The notes beneath the pieces are model-generated. The model made no database searches. It worked only from the letters and a program-made list of their open reading frames with translations, and was not told where the DNA came from. DNA of 62,881 nucleotides, the filler included, from Octopus bimaculoides (Eukaryota), in the NCBI RefSeq assembly GCF_001194135.2. It is 5 parts of 5 records of this genome, joined end to end, with 100 filler letters (N's around TTAATTAATTAA, not from the genome) between each part and the next. Parts side by side here need not be neighbours in the genome. Positions count along the whole stretch, not along the records: positions 27,580 to 42,543 come from NC_068988.1; positions 42,644 to 52,952 come from NC_068998.1; positions 53,053 to 58,593 come from NC_068981.1; 2 more parts are not named here. One strand, written 5' to 3'. Of this stretch, positions 39,385 through 53,404 are shown piece by piece. The translations under genes and the position numbers were made by a program. The number at the start of each line of letters is the position of its first letter. Within the stretch, counting starts at the first letter, position 1.

Positions 39385-39850
39385 TTTACCCTTTCAGTTA
39401 TTCAACTCTGTCCATTCTGGGGCACCGCCTTGAGAAATTTTCGTCAAACGAATCAACCTCAATACTTATATTTTAAAGCCTGGTACGTATTCTATCAGAC
39501 TCGTTTGCCAAACCGTTAAGTTACGGGAACCAAACACACCAACTCCGATTGCCAAGTGATGATCGGGGACAAACACAGAGTGATAGACACACACACTCAC
39601 ACACACACGCAAGCACGCAAATACGCACGCACCTATCTATTCACCTATCCATCCATCTGTCCGACGTGGTCTCTCTCAGTATTTCAGTTTCCGACTACCA
39701 AATGTGAGTGTTTCTGTTTCTCACCAACTTCTGCTTTACAATCGGTGATGGTGTCTAGCGGTTCGGCAAAGGAGACAAAATATAATAAGTACCAGGCTTT
39801 AAAAAAATAGGACCTGGTGTCAATTCATTCAACTAAAATTCCTCAAGGTT
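39385..39850. mobile_element. Degenerate family A SINE fragments
   Basis: Minus-strand tail and body at 39385-39690; plus-strand fragment tagcggttcggcaaa at 39755-39850. Confidence 0.7.
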
Positions 39851-41326
39851 GAACGCCATGATATACATATATATATATAACTTTTTCACTGATCTCGGTT
39901 CTGTTTATGGCTGAGGCTATTGGTCGAGTGTACAGGAACTGATGTAGCAGATATTTTAAAAACTAATTTTTGGGGTCGTTCAACTTTTCCCAACTGATCA
40001 ATAGACCAATTGATAAACCTATCAATAAGGAACCTATAATAACTACTGGAAACAGCTGTAAGCCAAACTTACTCCAGTATAGAGAAAATATCGAATGATC
40101 ATTATTTATAGATAGTCTTGTATATCACTCTGTAAATAATAGTTTCACTGGAGCGCAACGACAGATTTATAATACCAAACAGTAATAGACTACAACCTCA
40201 GATGCTGCTATAAGTATACTTCAAATTCTTTTTACTAATCTAAATAATATTGTTAGCCTGGTGTGCCAACGGAGAGTTTATGAAATATTTTGTCCGCATT
40301 GGTAATCCTTTATCAATAACTCTTATATATATATAGCAAAAATTTATATTCAGATGAATTAGGTACTTAAGTTGAGGCATCAGAATTTAGTACGATATTA
40401 TCCATACAGTTTCAAAATAAGGTGATTAAAATCTAAATAAACAACAGGATATCCAAAGGTAATGCAGTACGATCGTTTCAAGCGACTCCATTTAAATGAA
40501 CAATGCAATCGTTACATCAGTTTAAATGCAGTGCAATCCTCAGCTGCATAAAAGCATAGAATTAAATTAAATTAAAACAGATAGACACATTATTATAATT
40601 TTACCTAAAACCTCCAAGAAGGTAAGGAGATAGACAAAGATCATGCTGTCTTCACTTCAGTTTAGAAGGTATCAGGAAAAAAAACGTGCTAGAGATCTAC
40701 CTTGTGACAATTTTTTGGGGTCAGTTTTAATTTAGATAATATTTTTAAGCATATCGAACAAAGAAGATGAAGACAGTTGAATATTATTTTCCCCTTACAT
40801 TAAACCCCATTTGATAACAAAAAAAGAGGATTTAGCGGAAGAGGGATGTAATGGCTGTTGGCCAAATGTTTGAGTATTGCGGTCAGAAATTAATTAGCGA
40901 AAGAATAAGTTGATGGATACATGAATTTATGTATTTGCATATATTTTATGGATATTTGTGCATGTATATATGTGTGTGTGTGTGTGTGTGTGTGCTCACG
41001 TGCATTCACATGCGTATGTGTGTGTGTGCGTAACTGTTTGTGCGTATGTATGTAAACTTACATCTTTATTGGTATGCATTTATGTATATATAAATATATA
41101 TATATATATGTCAATGTGTATGTCTATACATGTATGTATANNNNNNNNNNNNNNNNNNNNNNNNNNNNNNNNNNNNNNNNNNNNNNNNNNNNNNNNNNNN
41201 NNNNNNNNNNNNNNNNNNNNNNNNNNNNNNNNNNNNNNNNNNNNNNNNNNNNNNNNNNNNNNNNNNNNNNNNNNNNNNNNNNNNNNNNNNNNNNNNNNNN
41301 NNNNNNNNNNNNNNNNNNNNNNNNNN

Positions 41327-41357
<31 letters not shown>

Positions 41358-41929
41358 TATTGTATGTATGTATATATTCATATATGAACATACATACAAA
41401 CACACACACACACATACACGTATATATTGGCATTTGCTTATATATGTGCACTTGGGTGTAAATATATATATATATATGTCAATGTGTATGTCTATACATG
41501 TATGTATACATATATATGTATACATGTGTAAGTTTTCCTGTTTCTACACCTTTTCTCTCCCTGCAAGTATGTCCTTTCCCTTCCCTCTAGGCTCCTTTTT
41601 TTTTATCATTGTACTTGTTTTCTAAATTTGTACAAATTTTCAAGTCCTTGAGCGATGACTGTTACTCCCCGATTCATTTGACACCCCGTGTTTTCGAAAA
41701 ATTTGCTCATGTAATTATATAAATTAAACATATTGTTCGGTACTTCACTGGATATATCACCCCCAAGACTGAAACCTGAGGTCCCAGTCAAATAGGTATT
41801 ATGAAGTTATATAGTAAGTCTAACAATAGAGGTTACGGTATTACATTTATTCCTTCATTATAGTGATTTAAACATTACAGCATACTTCTCGGATTTATAG
41901 TCTTCTTTTTATCTCTACACACACACACG

Positions 41930-41974
<45 letters not shown>

Positions 41975-41984
41975 NNNNNNNNNN

Positions 41985-42037
<53 letters not shown>

Positions 42038-42543
42038 TGTGAATCTATATTACATACGAGTAGGCGTATGTCCGAGTATATGTTTGCGTGTGTATGTACA
42101 CATATGCACATATATAACAGATATTTGTGATTGTTTATCTTGGATGGTTGGATATCATCATTGTTGATGTGGAAAGAAACCTTATTCCCAAATTACTGCT
42201 TATAGTTAAAACCACCGAAGAGTAAGAATAGACAATGGAAGTAACAAGAATAAAAACTGTAGCGAGTTATGCTACGGACATTGTGCTTGTTGCTTCATAT
42301 ATAATAATAATTGTTTCAAATTTTGGTACAAGGGTAGAACTTTCGCATAACCGAATAAGTCGATTACATCGACTCCAATAGTAAACTGCTACCTATTTTG
42401 CTGACCTGAAAAGGAGGGAAATTAAAGTCGATCCCAGCAAAATTTGAACTCAGAACGTAAAGTCGGAAGAAATATCGGTGATCATTTTGCCCTGCGTGCT
42501 AGCGCTTCTGCCACTTTGCCGCCTTGTTTATATATATATATAT

Positions 42544-42643
42544 NNNNNNNNNNNNNNNNNNNNNNNNNNNNNNNNNNNNNNNNNNNNTTAATTAATTAAN
42601 NNNNNNNNNNNNNNNNNNNNNNNNNNNNNNNNNNNNNNNNNNN
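42544..42643. other. Artificial scaffolding linker
   Basis: 44N-TTAATTAATTAA-44N. Confidence 0.97.
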
Positions 42644-42827
<184 letters not shown>

Positions 42828-43554
42828 GGTTAAAATATCGAAACAAGGGCAGTCATTTGGAGGGAGGGGATGTGTCGATTACATCGACCCCAGTGTTCAA
42901 CTGGTACTTATTTTACTGACCTTGAAATTATGAAAGGCAAAGTTGACCTCGGCGGAATTTGAACTCAGAACGTAGCTAACGATTCTGCCAGCTCGCCTTA
43001 ATAATATTAATCGATGAATGAAACGGAAGATGGATTTGGCGTTAGTCTTTATTCAGCACGGCTATGGTTTCGACATCTTCTGCAACTATCCTTCCTGGAT
43101 TGAATGTTGAGCATCCAACTGTGTTGCATCGATTAGTGCAGTTTGGGTCAGATCCAGTACATGCATGCATAAAGTGATGCCCCGTTAAATATGTCGAGCT
43201 CTCGAATCAAGTTGATTTTTTACACGCTGTATCTGCGAATAGAGCAAGCTACAGCTGTCCTTATATTAAATAGTCATTACAAAATGATCGTAAATATAAA
43301 TGTATGAACTATAAATATATATATATATATGAAAAAATATATATATAAACAGAAACAGAGAGAGGGTAAGACATGTGAAAGAAGGATTAGATTGTGTTCA
43401 GTTTAAAGAGAGGGAGACCACACTGGCTAATACGTGTAGATGCACAGGCTTAACGACACTCGCGCACACACACATACACACTCACACACAGACACACACA
43501 CACGCCCAAAGAAGTCGCACAACTCTACCGCAACATATCATCAGACGAAAGGGT

Positions 43555-43935
43555 GAGCCTATATCGGCAGAAGACTATGCACGGATATGGTAGTAGAAAC
43601 CTCCATGATGATAATAACATCGATAAACAAAACAGTTTATCATGGACGAATAGCCGGATTATTACCTTCCACTTTGAAGGGTATGTGTTTGCAATCCAGG
43701 AACAGGAAATTTCAACCAAATACCTGATGCACAAAAGGGTTAGAGATGCGAGGAAAAGCCGTAAGAAGTGACAGCCGATGCAGACTTTGTGGCTTTCACA
43801 CTGAAGATATCACCCACTTCATAAGCACTTGTCCGAAAATGTCATAAAGGTATTATCTACCGATGAGACATGACTTAGTAGCTAGGATACTCTATAATGA
43901 AATCCGTTGGAAGGATAATCCCGAGGACAAAGAAC
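43555..43935 (+). mobile_element. R4/Dong-clade (RLE) non-LTR retrotransposon fragment, zinc-knuckle region
   Basis: KTMHGY...IDKQNSLSW...EGYVFAIQEQEISTKY followed, after a frameshift, by SRCRLCGFHTEDITHFISTCPKM..RYYLPMRHDLVA (CCHC plus RHD motif). Confidence 0.8.
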
Positions 43936-43946
43936 TAAGAACATAA

Positions 43947-43977
<31 letters not shown>

Positions 43978-45852
43978 CATACATACAGGCATACATACAT
44001 ACATACAGGCATACATACAAAAATACCCTGTTGTTGATGTTGAAATTTCAATGAAACCGGTTCTTTCTCTATTGGCAAGAAATCTTGAAATAAACTGAAT
44101 TATGACATACATGCATACAGACAGACAGACACATACATACATTCATACATGCATGCATGCATGCATGCATACATACATACATACATACATACATACATGC
44201 ATACATATATATATACATAAATACAAAGAGAGCGGCACCTTGACTGTAATGCCCGTCTTTCTGGCAGTTATTTTGTCAGCACTATTTAGAAAATACCAAG
44301 TTATACTTTATGATTTGCAGAAGAAAAATATTAATATCCGCTTATACCTTATGTTTATTAATTAAACCGCATTTAGCACTATTCGAAACATTTCCCTGAG
44401 GGTGAGTAATGGATTTCGGCGGGATAGTGGAAGGCGATTTTGGTCAAGTTGCGTGTTCGAATTAAACGGCCAATCCGGAAGAAAATTTTTCTTAGGGGAG
44501 AAAACATGACTGTACCTCCTCAAATTTTCAAATGATGTCTGCTACTATGCTAGTGTACCAAATGACCTATATCTCCTCAAATTTTCAATGATGTGTGCAA
44601 CTATGCTAGTACCTTGAATTTATGAAAAATACCGCGTACGTTAACGCTGTCAGTAAGGATAGAGTAACAAAGCGATATTGCAGCAGAATTCCTTAGATAT
44701 GGAACTTAGAATTGCCCAAATTCAATGATAACCATATCTCAAATGTGTTGGTACAGCTGGTGCTAGTGCTAATATTTTAGCGATTAGACTGGACATTTGA
44801 AGGGATCCTCACATTTTTGGTAACTTCCATATCAACAGTGACACTGACCGTAATAATATTAAACAGGATAATTTGAGGTGGAGATACATCATCAGTCCAA
44901 ACGGATTATAAGTGTTGCATCGTTTCTCTCAGCGTATACCCACTGAAATGTAACTAAAGAAGAGTACATTATATACACGTTCAACAATGTAAGTAACATC
45001 TTGTGAGTAGGTAAAATATCGCTACATGTGAAATGTACCGCAGAGCCACAAGATATCCAAACCTTTGAAAATAAGAAAAACTAGGGAAACATCCCCGAGT
45101 TGTTGAAAAGGAAACGAAAGAAGTATTATTTACTGAGAATATCAATGTTGCACCTAAATTAGGGAAAAAAGAGAACATTTATCACGAACTAAAGTGGAAC
45201 ATAAAAGTCTTGTGTGTTGGGAGATAGATTTTCATTTGTACTTATTATCGTAAGTGCATTGCGAGATGTAACACGAGAAGAAAAGGCACACGCCAAATTG
45301 AAGTAATTAAGGAGGAGGTGAATTTCGCTAAACATCTGCTTTGCCGAGAATCTACGAATGCACATAATTGCATGTATTTATATGGCATAAACTTATACAT
45401 AACAAGGTAATCAGGCATACAAACACATATTCACATATACTCATCCATATACATATATATAGGGACAGGCAAAGATAAACACACACAGAGAGGTAAATAG
45501 CCATACGTACAATGCATAATACATTGGCGCAAAAAGGAAGTATAACTTATACGCCATTCATGGCCTTCAATAATTATATATATATATACATACACTTATT
45601 GGTGTCTTTATTTACTCAGCATATATTGTTGTCTTCTACTGCATCACGATTTCAGACACGATTGTTCGAATCAATTGATGAACTACAGAAGTAAAACTAA
45701 ATACTAATCTTACGATTCAGTTAAATTAAACCGCCTAAAGTGAGATGATTTACTACTTCAATTGTCTCAAGCGAACGACGCGAAATGTCAGCCACGTTAT
45801 ATATATAATTTGAATATGTGTGCGTATATATAAACGTGCATACATACATACA

Positions 45853-45888
<36 letters not shown>

Positions 45889-46291
45889 TATGTATATATA
45901 TATATATANNNNNNNNNNNNNNNNNNNNNNNNNNNNNNNNNNNNNNNNNNNNNNNNNNNNNNNNNNNNNNNNNNNNNNNNNNNNNNNNNNNNNNNNNNNN
46001 NNNNNNNNNNNNNNNNNNNNNNNNNNNNNNNNNNNNNNNNNNNNNNNNNNNNNNNNNNNNNNNNNNNNNNNNNNNNNNNNNNNNNNNNNNNNNNNNNNNN
46101 NNNNNNNNNNNNNNNNNNNNNNNNNNNNNNNNNNNNNNNNNNNNNNNNNNNNNNNNNNNNNNNNNNNNNNNNNNNNNNNNNNNNNNNNNNNNNNNNNNNN
46201 NNNNNNNNNNNNNNNNNNNNNNNNNNNNNNNNNNNNNNNNNNNNNNNNNNNNNNNNNNNNNNNNNNNNNNNNNNNNNNNNNNNNNNNNNNN

Positions 46292-46361
<70 letters not shown>

Positions 46362-47734
46362 CATATAGAAAGAGGGAGAGTGAGAGAGAGTGAGGGAGAG
46401 AAAGAGAGAAAGGGACATATATATCCTTACGTTTAACAACTTCAACATCATAAAATCACATTAACCTCGAAAATCACGCATACAATGCCATATCCAGGAC
46501 TGCTTTATTGTTATATTGTAATAATAGGATGTATGATGTTTCCAAATCTCTCCAAGAACATGCTTATTCAGTATCTTATATAGTGTGATATAACAAATAA
46601 TCGTAACGCTGTACATATGGTTTTACTCTATAAAGTTGCAAGCGTAATAATATGATAATACAATTTTAGGTAGAATAACTTTCCAAACAATGGCAATTCT
46701 CATGTGTGTTCGTATATGTACATGTGTGTGTATGTGTATATATNNNNNNNNNNNNNNNNNNNNNNNNNNNNNNNNNNNNNNNNNNNNNNNNNNNNNNNNN
46801 NNNNNNNNNNNNNNNNNNNNNNNNNNNNNNNNNNNNNNNNNNNNNNNNNNNNNNNNNNNNNNNNNNNNNNNNNNNNNNNNNNNNNNNNNNNNNNNNNNNN
46901 NNNNNNNNNNNNNNNNNNNNNNNNNNNNNNNNNNNNNNNNNNNNNNNNNNNNNNNNNNNNNNNNNNNNNNNNNNNNNNNNNNNNNNNNNNNNNNNNNNNN
47001 NNNNNNNNNNNNNNNNNNNNNNNNNNNNNNNNNNNNNNNNNNNNNNNNNNNNNNNNNNNNNNNNNNNNNNNNNNNNNNNNNNNNNNNNNNNNNNNNNNNN
47101 NNNNNNNNNNNNNNNNNNNNNNNNNNNNNNNNNNNNNNNNNNNNNNNNNNNNNNNNNNNNNNNNNNNNNNNNNNNNNNNNNNNNNNNNNNNNNNNNNNNN
47201 NNNNNNNNNNNNNNNNNNNNNNNNNNNNNNNNNNNNNNNNNNNNNNNNNNNNNNNNNNNNNNNNNNNNNNNNNNNNNNNNNNNNNNNNNNNNNNNNNNNN
47301 NNNNNNNNNNNNNNNNNNNNNNNNNNNNNNNNNNNNNNNNNNNNNNNNNNNNNNNNNNNNNNNNNNNNNNNNNNNNNNNNNNNNNNNNNNNNNNNNNNNN
47401 NNNNNNNNNNNNNNNNNNNNNNNNNNNNNNNNNNNNNNNNNNNNNNNNNNNNNNNNNNNNNNNNNNNNNNNNNNNNNNNNNNNNNNNNNNNNNNNNNNNN
47501 NNNNNNNNNNNNNNNNNNNNNNNNNNNNNNNNNNNNNNNNNNNNNNNNNNNNNNNNNNNNNNNNNNNNNNNNNNNNNNNNNNNNNNNNNNNNNNNNNNNN
47601 NNNNNNNNNNNNNNNNNNNNNNNNNNNNNNNNNNNNNNNNNNNNNNNNNNNNNNNNNNNNNNNNNNNNNNNNNNNNNNNNNNNNNNNNNNNNNNNNNNNN
47701 NNNNNNNNNNNNNNNNNNNNNNNNNNNNNNNNNA

Positions 47735-48033
47735 TATGGCGCATGGTGGCTGTGTGGTTAGAAGCTTGCTTTTCACCCATATGGTTCCTGGTTCAGTCCC
47801 ACTGTGTGGCACCTTGTGCAAGTGTCTTCTACTATTGCCACGGGCCGACCAAAGCCTTGTGAGTGGATTTAATAGGCAGAAACTGAAAGAAGCCCGCCTT
47901 TATATATATATATATATATATACTAATATGTATGTTTGTGTGACTGTTTCTCCCTCACGATCGCTTGACAACCGATGTTTGTGTTTAAGTCCTCGTAAAT
48001 TAGCGGTTCGGAAAAAAGATCTGATAGAATAAG
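47735..48033 (+). mobile_element. Family A SINE, 3'-truncated
   Basis: ggctgtgtggttagaagc...ggttcagtcccactg...gcacctt head and body. Confidence 0.85.
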
Positions 48034-48165
48034 TCGCGTCAGGCCAAGGAGGAAGCCCGAGAAGTCTATCCTGCTGACTATGATATCCAAGTTCCATGAT
48101 CTGAGATTGTTTAGCAAGTATCCTTGCTTCCAATTTGACTTTAGGTCATATACATTTATACGGTA
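48034..48165 (-). mobile_element. L1/Tx1-like LINE ORF2 N-terminal (APE endonuclease) fragment
   Basis: Minus strand INVYDLKSNWKQGYLLNNLRSWNLDIIVSRIDFSG resembles the APE start (NV.GL...K...L......DII...ET). It is truncated against a SINE, and 48170-48780 may be upstream sequence of the same element. Confidence 0.55.
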
Positions 48166-49010
48166 CTATAGCTTGAGCTAGAACATGGGAAAGGTAAGAA
48201 AAATGGTAACTTACATTGACGTTTTCGAGGTGGGGGGGAGGTATATCCTCACTGCCTAATGTGGCTTGCGGGGTGTTCTTGATTAAATTTCTTTATAAAT
48301 GTCTGGTGAATGCTTATTGCAAGGGACCTACATCGTCTGGGAAAATGTGTTCTCAGTTCGTTGTATGTGTTAATGTCAATGTAAATAAATTATAAGTGTT
48401 CGGGTACCTATGAATGAGATATAGGCGCTTTGAATGGAGTGGTGCGGGAATTTTTATATATGCGTTCTACTAGGTCTAAGTGAATTTGTATTGCTGGCAG
48501 TAAGGTTGATTACTGTGTTTTGGGGTTCTGGTTCTGGTGCTGGTGTTTGTGCTGGTTGAGTATGTGTGTGGTGTGTGCATGCGGTAGGATGTGTCTGTGG
48601 TTCGGAGGGGTGTCGAGGAACCCCTCATATGGACTTATGTTGCATATAAGCACTCGTTTTATATCGTTGGCGTATGATATTAACAAGAGTGCTTATATGC
48701 GCCCAAACGCCCATATGAGATGTCCTCTCGTGGTAAGTATCGCAGTATTCTGTGTTCTATCACACCCACTTTTAAGTGAGGATCAATAATATATTTTATA
48801 TATATATGTGTGTGTGTGTGTGCGTGTGTGTGCGTGTGCGTGTGCGTGTGTGTGTGTGTGTCTGATATAAGCCCTCCTAAATGTATGTGATTGTGTGAGT
48901 GATTTTGTGTCTTTGTGTCTATGAATGTATATTTGTATGTTTGTCTGTGTGACCGTCTGTCTCTTATGTGTATGTATGTATGTATGTATGTATGTATGTA
49001 TGTATGTATG

Positions 49011-49045
<35 letters not shown>

Positions 49046-49145
49046 GTGTATAAAGCGAAACATATCGGCAGAGATTACGCAATATGAAAACACAGTAAAA
49101 TATGAGATTTCAATGAAAAACAAATTCACATCCCCTTTCTTGCAG

Positions 49146-49169
49146 CGAATAAGGATGTAAAATGGCAAG
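49146..49169 (+). CDS. Candidate 24-bp phase-1/1 micro-exon (xNKDVKWQ)
   Basis: tcccctttcttgcag| acceptor and AAG|gtattt donor. Only the phase-1 reading is stop-free. The host gene is unknown. Confidence 0.25.
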
Positions 49170-49578
49170 GTATTTCGTGATCACCGGATGTATTAATCAT
49201 TGGAAGCAATGAACTCTGATGAGATGTAGCTTGCTTTTAAGTTTGGATTCTCGGATGTGAATGGATATACCATATGACCGTTAACTCTTACATACATGTC
49301 AAAATGAAAAAGCAGATTCTCACATGAATGTTAGACCTGACAGGGAAACAAAGAAGATGGACGGGTAAGAAAGATGAAGAAGAAGAAATATGGAAGAAGC
49401 AGAAAAACAAAATCCAGAACATAATAAGGGTATGGAGGGGGAGAGCAAAAAAGATGGTGCAGAGGTCGAAAATGACAAAGAATATGGGGACGTAACAGAG
49501 AATATGCATATAAAATAAAATACACCCACATAGAGACACATGTACACAATCCATGCATAAACATACACACATAAACAC

Positions 49579-49629
<51 letters not shown>

Positions 49630-49890
49630 GAAAGACAGATGAACGAACAGACAGACAGACAAGCAGGCAGGTAGGCAGGCAGGCAGGCAGGCAGACGGAC
49701 GAGCGTGCAGAGACAGACAGAGACAGACAAATAGATAGATTGACAGAGAGACAGACAGACAGACAGATAGATACATACATACATACATACAAGAATAAGG
49801 GCAGGGAATCGTCAATTAGTAATAGAATTAATAATTAACAATTTTGCCAAGTAGTTCAGTATGAAAAAACCTTTATCGGTAAAATCATTT

Positions 49891-50650
49891 ATCATCATAA
49901 ATATACAGGGATTAGCATTGAGTTGCTTCTCCAACATACTGAAAATTTAGAAATAGCAGTCAAAGAACTACAGATTCTAAACTACAAATTTTTCTCTAAA
50001 CGGATGGCGATATTTATGGCACACATAGAACAAAAAACCAGAGGGAAAAGCAAAAACAAACCTGCCTTTAGTTAATTGGATACGAACGTTTTGCGGTTAA
50101 GAGAAATTACTCTATTCGGCATCTTCAGCCCNNNNNNNNNNNNNNNNNNNNNNNNNNNNNNNNNNNNNNNNNNNNNNNNNNNNNNNNNNNNNNNNNNNNN
50201 NNNNNNNNNNNNNNNNNNNNNNNNNNNNNNNNNNNNNNNNNNNNNNNNNNNNNNNNNNNNNNNNNNNNNNNNNNNNNNNNNNNNNNNNNNNNNNNNNNNN
50301 NNNNNNNNNNNNNNNNNNNNNNNNNNNNNNNNNNNNNNNNNNNNNNNNNNNNNNNNNNNNNNNNNNNNNNNNNNNAGAGACACTTTCAAATTTATCAGAA
50401 TATTGGGCTGAAGATGCCGAATAGAGTAATTTCATTCTCTTAACCGCGAAACGTTCGTATCCAATTAACTAAAGGCAGGTTTGTTTTTGCTTTTCCCTCT
50501 GGTTTTTTGTTCTATGTGTGCCATAAATATCGCCATCCGTTTAGAGAAAAAATTTGTAGTTTAGAATCAGTAGTTCTTTGACTGCTATTTCTAAATTTTC
50601 AGTATGTTGGAGAAGCAACTCAATGTTAATCCCTGTATATTTATGATGAT
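49891..50650. repeat. About 241-bp inverted repeat flanking an N gap
   Basis: 49891-50131 is the reverse complement of 50405-50650, with 3 substitutions and 2 small indels. Confidence 0.93.
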
Positions 50651-51694
50651 ACATACATACATATATATATATATATACATACATGCATACATATATACAT
50701 TTATTGATCATTACAGACATTATGAATGTGTTGTTAGCATACATTTCACACATGCAAAGAATTACAGACATACGCGAACACATACTGGAACTAGGACCGC
50801 ATAAACTTGCTGAAAGATACATATAGAAGTACGGGTAATAATATTCAAGTCTTAAAAAAAAGGGGTAAAGTGAGCTTTAAGAGGGTAATGAAGCAGAGCG
50901 TATGGGCGTGACGTGCCGTTTAAAAGATTTTTGCAAAGTTTCGATAATGAAACTTAATCTGAAATAATATATTTAATATAATTTTAAAAAGAAAAGTCGC
51001 TTTAATAGTGAGAATGACTACAACAAAGCACGTGAACTTACAAATATATTTAGTTTAATCGTACAGGACTGATAGATGAATGGCTTAAAACCTGTAGAAA
51101 TCCGGAAGGATATGAATAGAAATGAAAAAGTCTTTATCAACGAGACAAAAATTGAAGTAAATGGTTTTTATCGAGTTTTAGCATTGAAAAAGTGTCAAGC
51201 AGAAAATGCATAACGTAATAAATTATAAAAAATTTTGAAAATGGTATGTGATTTTATTGTGATTCAATATATTCCATTTTGCTGATGCTGTTCAAAAAGT
51301 TCAGATTACAATAACACATGAGGCAGTGAAAGATTAGAAATAAAAAAAATTAAAGAAAAAATAGAAAACGAACGAAAAAAAAAAACTACCTAAGTGATAT
51401 CTGCAAAACGGTTTTTCTTTTCTGTGTTCAAAACAATATATTTTTCAAAACAAAGCAGAAACAAAACGCTAGCTTCCTTTTCACTCAATTATTGCCATAA
51501 CAGCTGTGTTCGGATGGGTTCGCGTATTCTGGAATAGTCTATTATGTTTGAAAAGGAGTTCAAGACAATTCCTTCGAAACCAAACATACTCGAACATTCT
51601 AATGAAAATTTCTTGCTAGACAGATAAAAGTATTCCTATACGGGAAAAGTTATGTTTTAAATATATTTTCCGTTACATTAATGCCCGCCTTCTA

Positions 51695-51905
51695 GGGCGG
51701 CGAGCTGGCAGGGTCGTTATCACGCCAGGCGAAATGTTTAGCGTAATTTCGTCTGTCTCCATGTTCTGAGTTCAAATTCTGCCGAGGTTGGCTTTGCCTT
51801 TCATCCTTTCTGGGTCGATGAAATAAGTACCAGTTACGCACTGGATCGATATAATCGACTAGTCCCCTTCCCCAAAAATTTTCAAGGCCTTGTGCCTAGT
51901 GTAGA
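51695..51905 (+). mobile_element. Full-length family B SINE
   Basis: gggcggcgagctggcag...gagttcaaattctgccgagg...ccttgtgcctagtgtagaaa. Confidence 0.88.
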
Positions 51906-52144
51906 AATAATTAATGCACGTTTTCTAAATGTTGCAACTGTCGATTAACGCTGACATCATCTTTTTTTTCTCTTCTTTAAACAGTATTATTTTACCAGGG
52001 CTTTTAAAATTGGTTTTCGTTCATATTCATTTGGGTTTATTTCTACATGTATGACTGACTTACATGAGCAAGCTGTTAAAAGTTATTTCCTTTATCTTTT
52101 TTATTATTATAACGTTACCTTATTAATTTTCGTCGGGTTCTTTT

Positions 52145-52616
52145 TTCTTCCTTTGCCTGTTGATTGATTTTGTTAGTAAATCATTTATCTCTAGTTCATC
52201 ATTGGTTTTCTTTACTTAATTCGTATATCATTTTCAGATATTTTGTAGATCAAGTTATCATTACGATTTCTCAATCATGTTATTCCCCTAAGTTTGATAT
52301 TCTCAACGAATGAAGTGTTTCTGGTTCTGCTAATATTAGTCTGCTTTTCCATGTCTTTACAAAGCTTCTCTAAATTGTTATTCTTCCTTTGCCTGTTGAT
52401 TGATTTTGTTAGTAAATCATTTATCTCTAGTTCATCATTGGTTTTCTTTAGTTAATTCGTATATCATTTTCAGATATTTTGTAGATCAAGTTATCATTAC
52501 GATTTCTCAATCATGTTATTCCCCTAAGTTTGATATTCTCAACGAATGAAGTGTTTCTGGTTCTGCTAATATTAGTCTGCTTTTCCATGTCTTTACAAAG
52601 CTTCTCTAAATTGCTA
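52145..52616. repeat. 236-bp tandem duplication
   Basis: Units 52145-52380 and 52381-52616; two mismatches seen. Confidence 0.95.
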
Positions 52617-52952
52617 TTATCTCTAAATTGTTATTCATTTCGTTAATTGATGTTAATAATGCGACGATGTAGTGAAATTATAGAAAGAAAGTATACAATG
52701 AATAACTACACAGACACACACGGACAAACACACACACACACACAAATACATACACACAAACACACACACACACACACACACAAATACAGGCACAAACACA
52801 CACACACACACAAATACACACACACACACACACACACGTAAAGATTTTCTTCGTTCATGAATGACCACGTGATTGCACCTAGAAAGTTACCCTGCAAGGT
52901 ACAAGTTCAGGCAAGGTTGTTCATGGAAGGCCAGCAGTCGCCCATGTATACC

Positions 52953-53052
52953 NNNNNNNNNNNNNNNNNNNNNNNNNNNNNNNNNNNNNNNNNNNNTTAA
53001 TTAATTAANNNNNNNNNNNNNNNNNNNNNNNNNNNNNNNNNNNNNNNNNNNN
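52953..53052. other. Artificial scaffolding linker
   Basis: 44N-TTAATTAATTAA-44N. Confidence 0.97.
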
Positions 53053-53123
<71 letters not shown>

Positions 53124-53404
53124 ACATATATATATATACATGCATATGCATACATACATAAATATGTATACATGCATATACATACATACATAAATATATA
53201 TACATACATATATATATATATGTATATATAGAGAGATAGATATAAATATACATACACACACACACATGTACATATATACAGACATACATATATATATATG
53301 TATATATATATAAACATGTATATATATATCTGTGTGTGTGTGTGTGTGTATACACACACATATACATATACACTCACACACACAGGGCGAGTCATATATA
53401 CATA

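Noticed and set aside
41766-41790. Possible displaced right TIR of the 31018 Tigger (ctgaaacctgagg)
   Set aside because: Only a partial match, lacking the terminal CCTG-TA.
46623-48032. Long ORFs of 300-440 aa (also at 16.1, 24.6, 26.2 and 37.1 kb)
   Set aside because: They are mostly X from N gaps.
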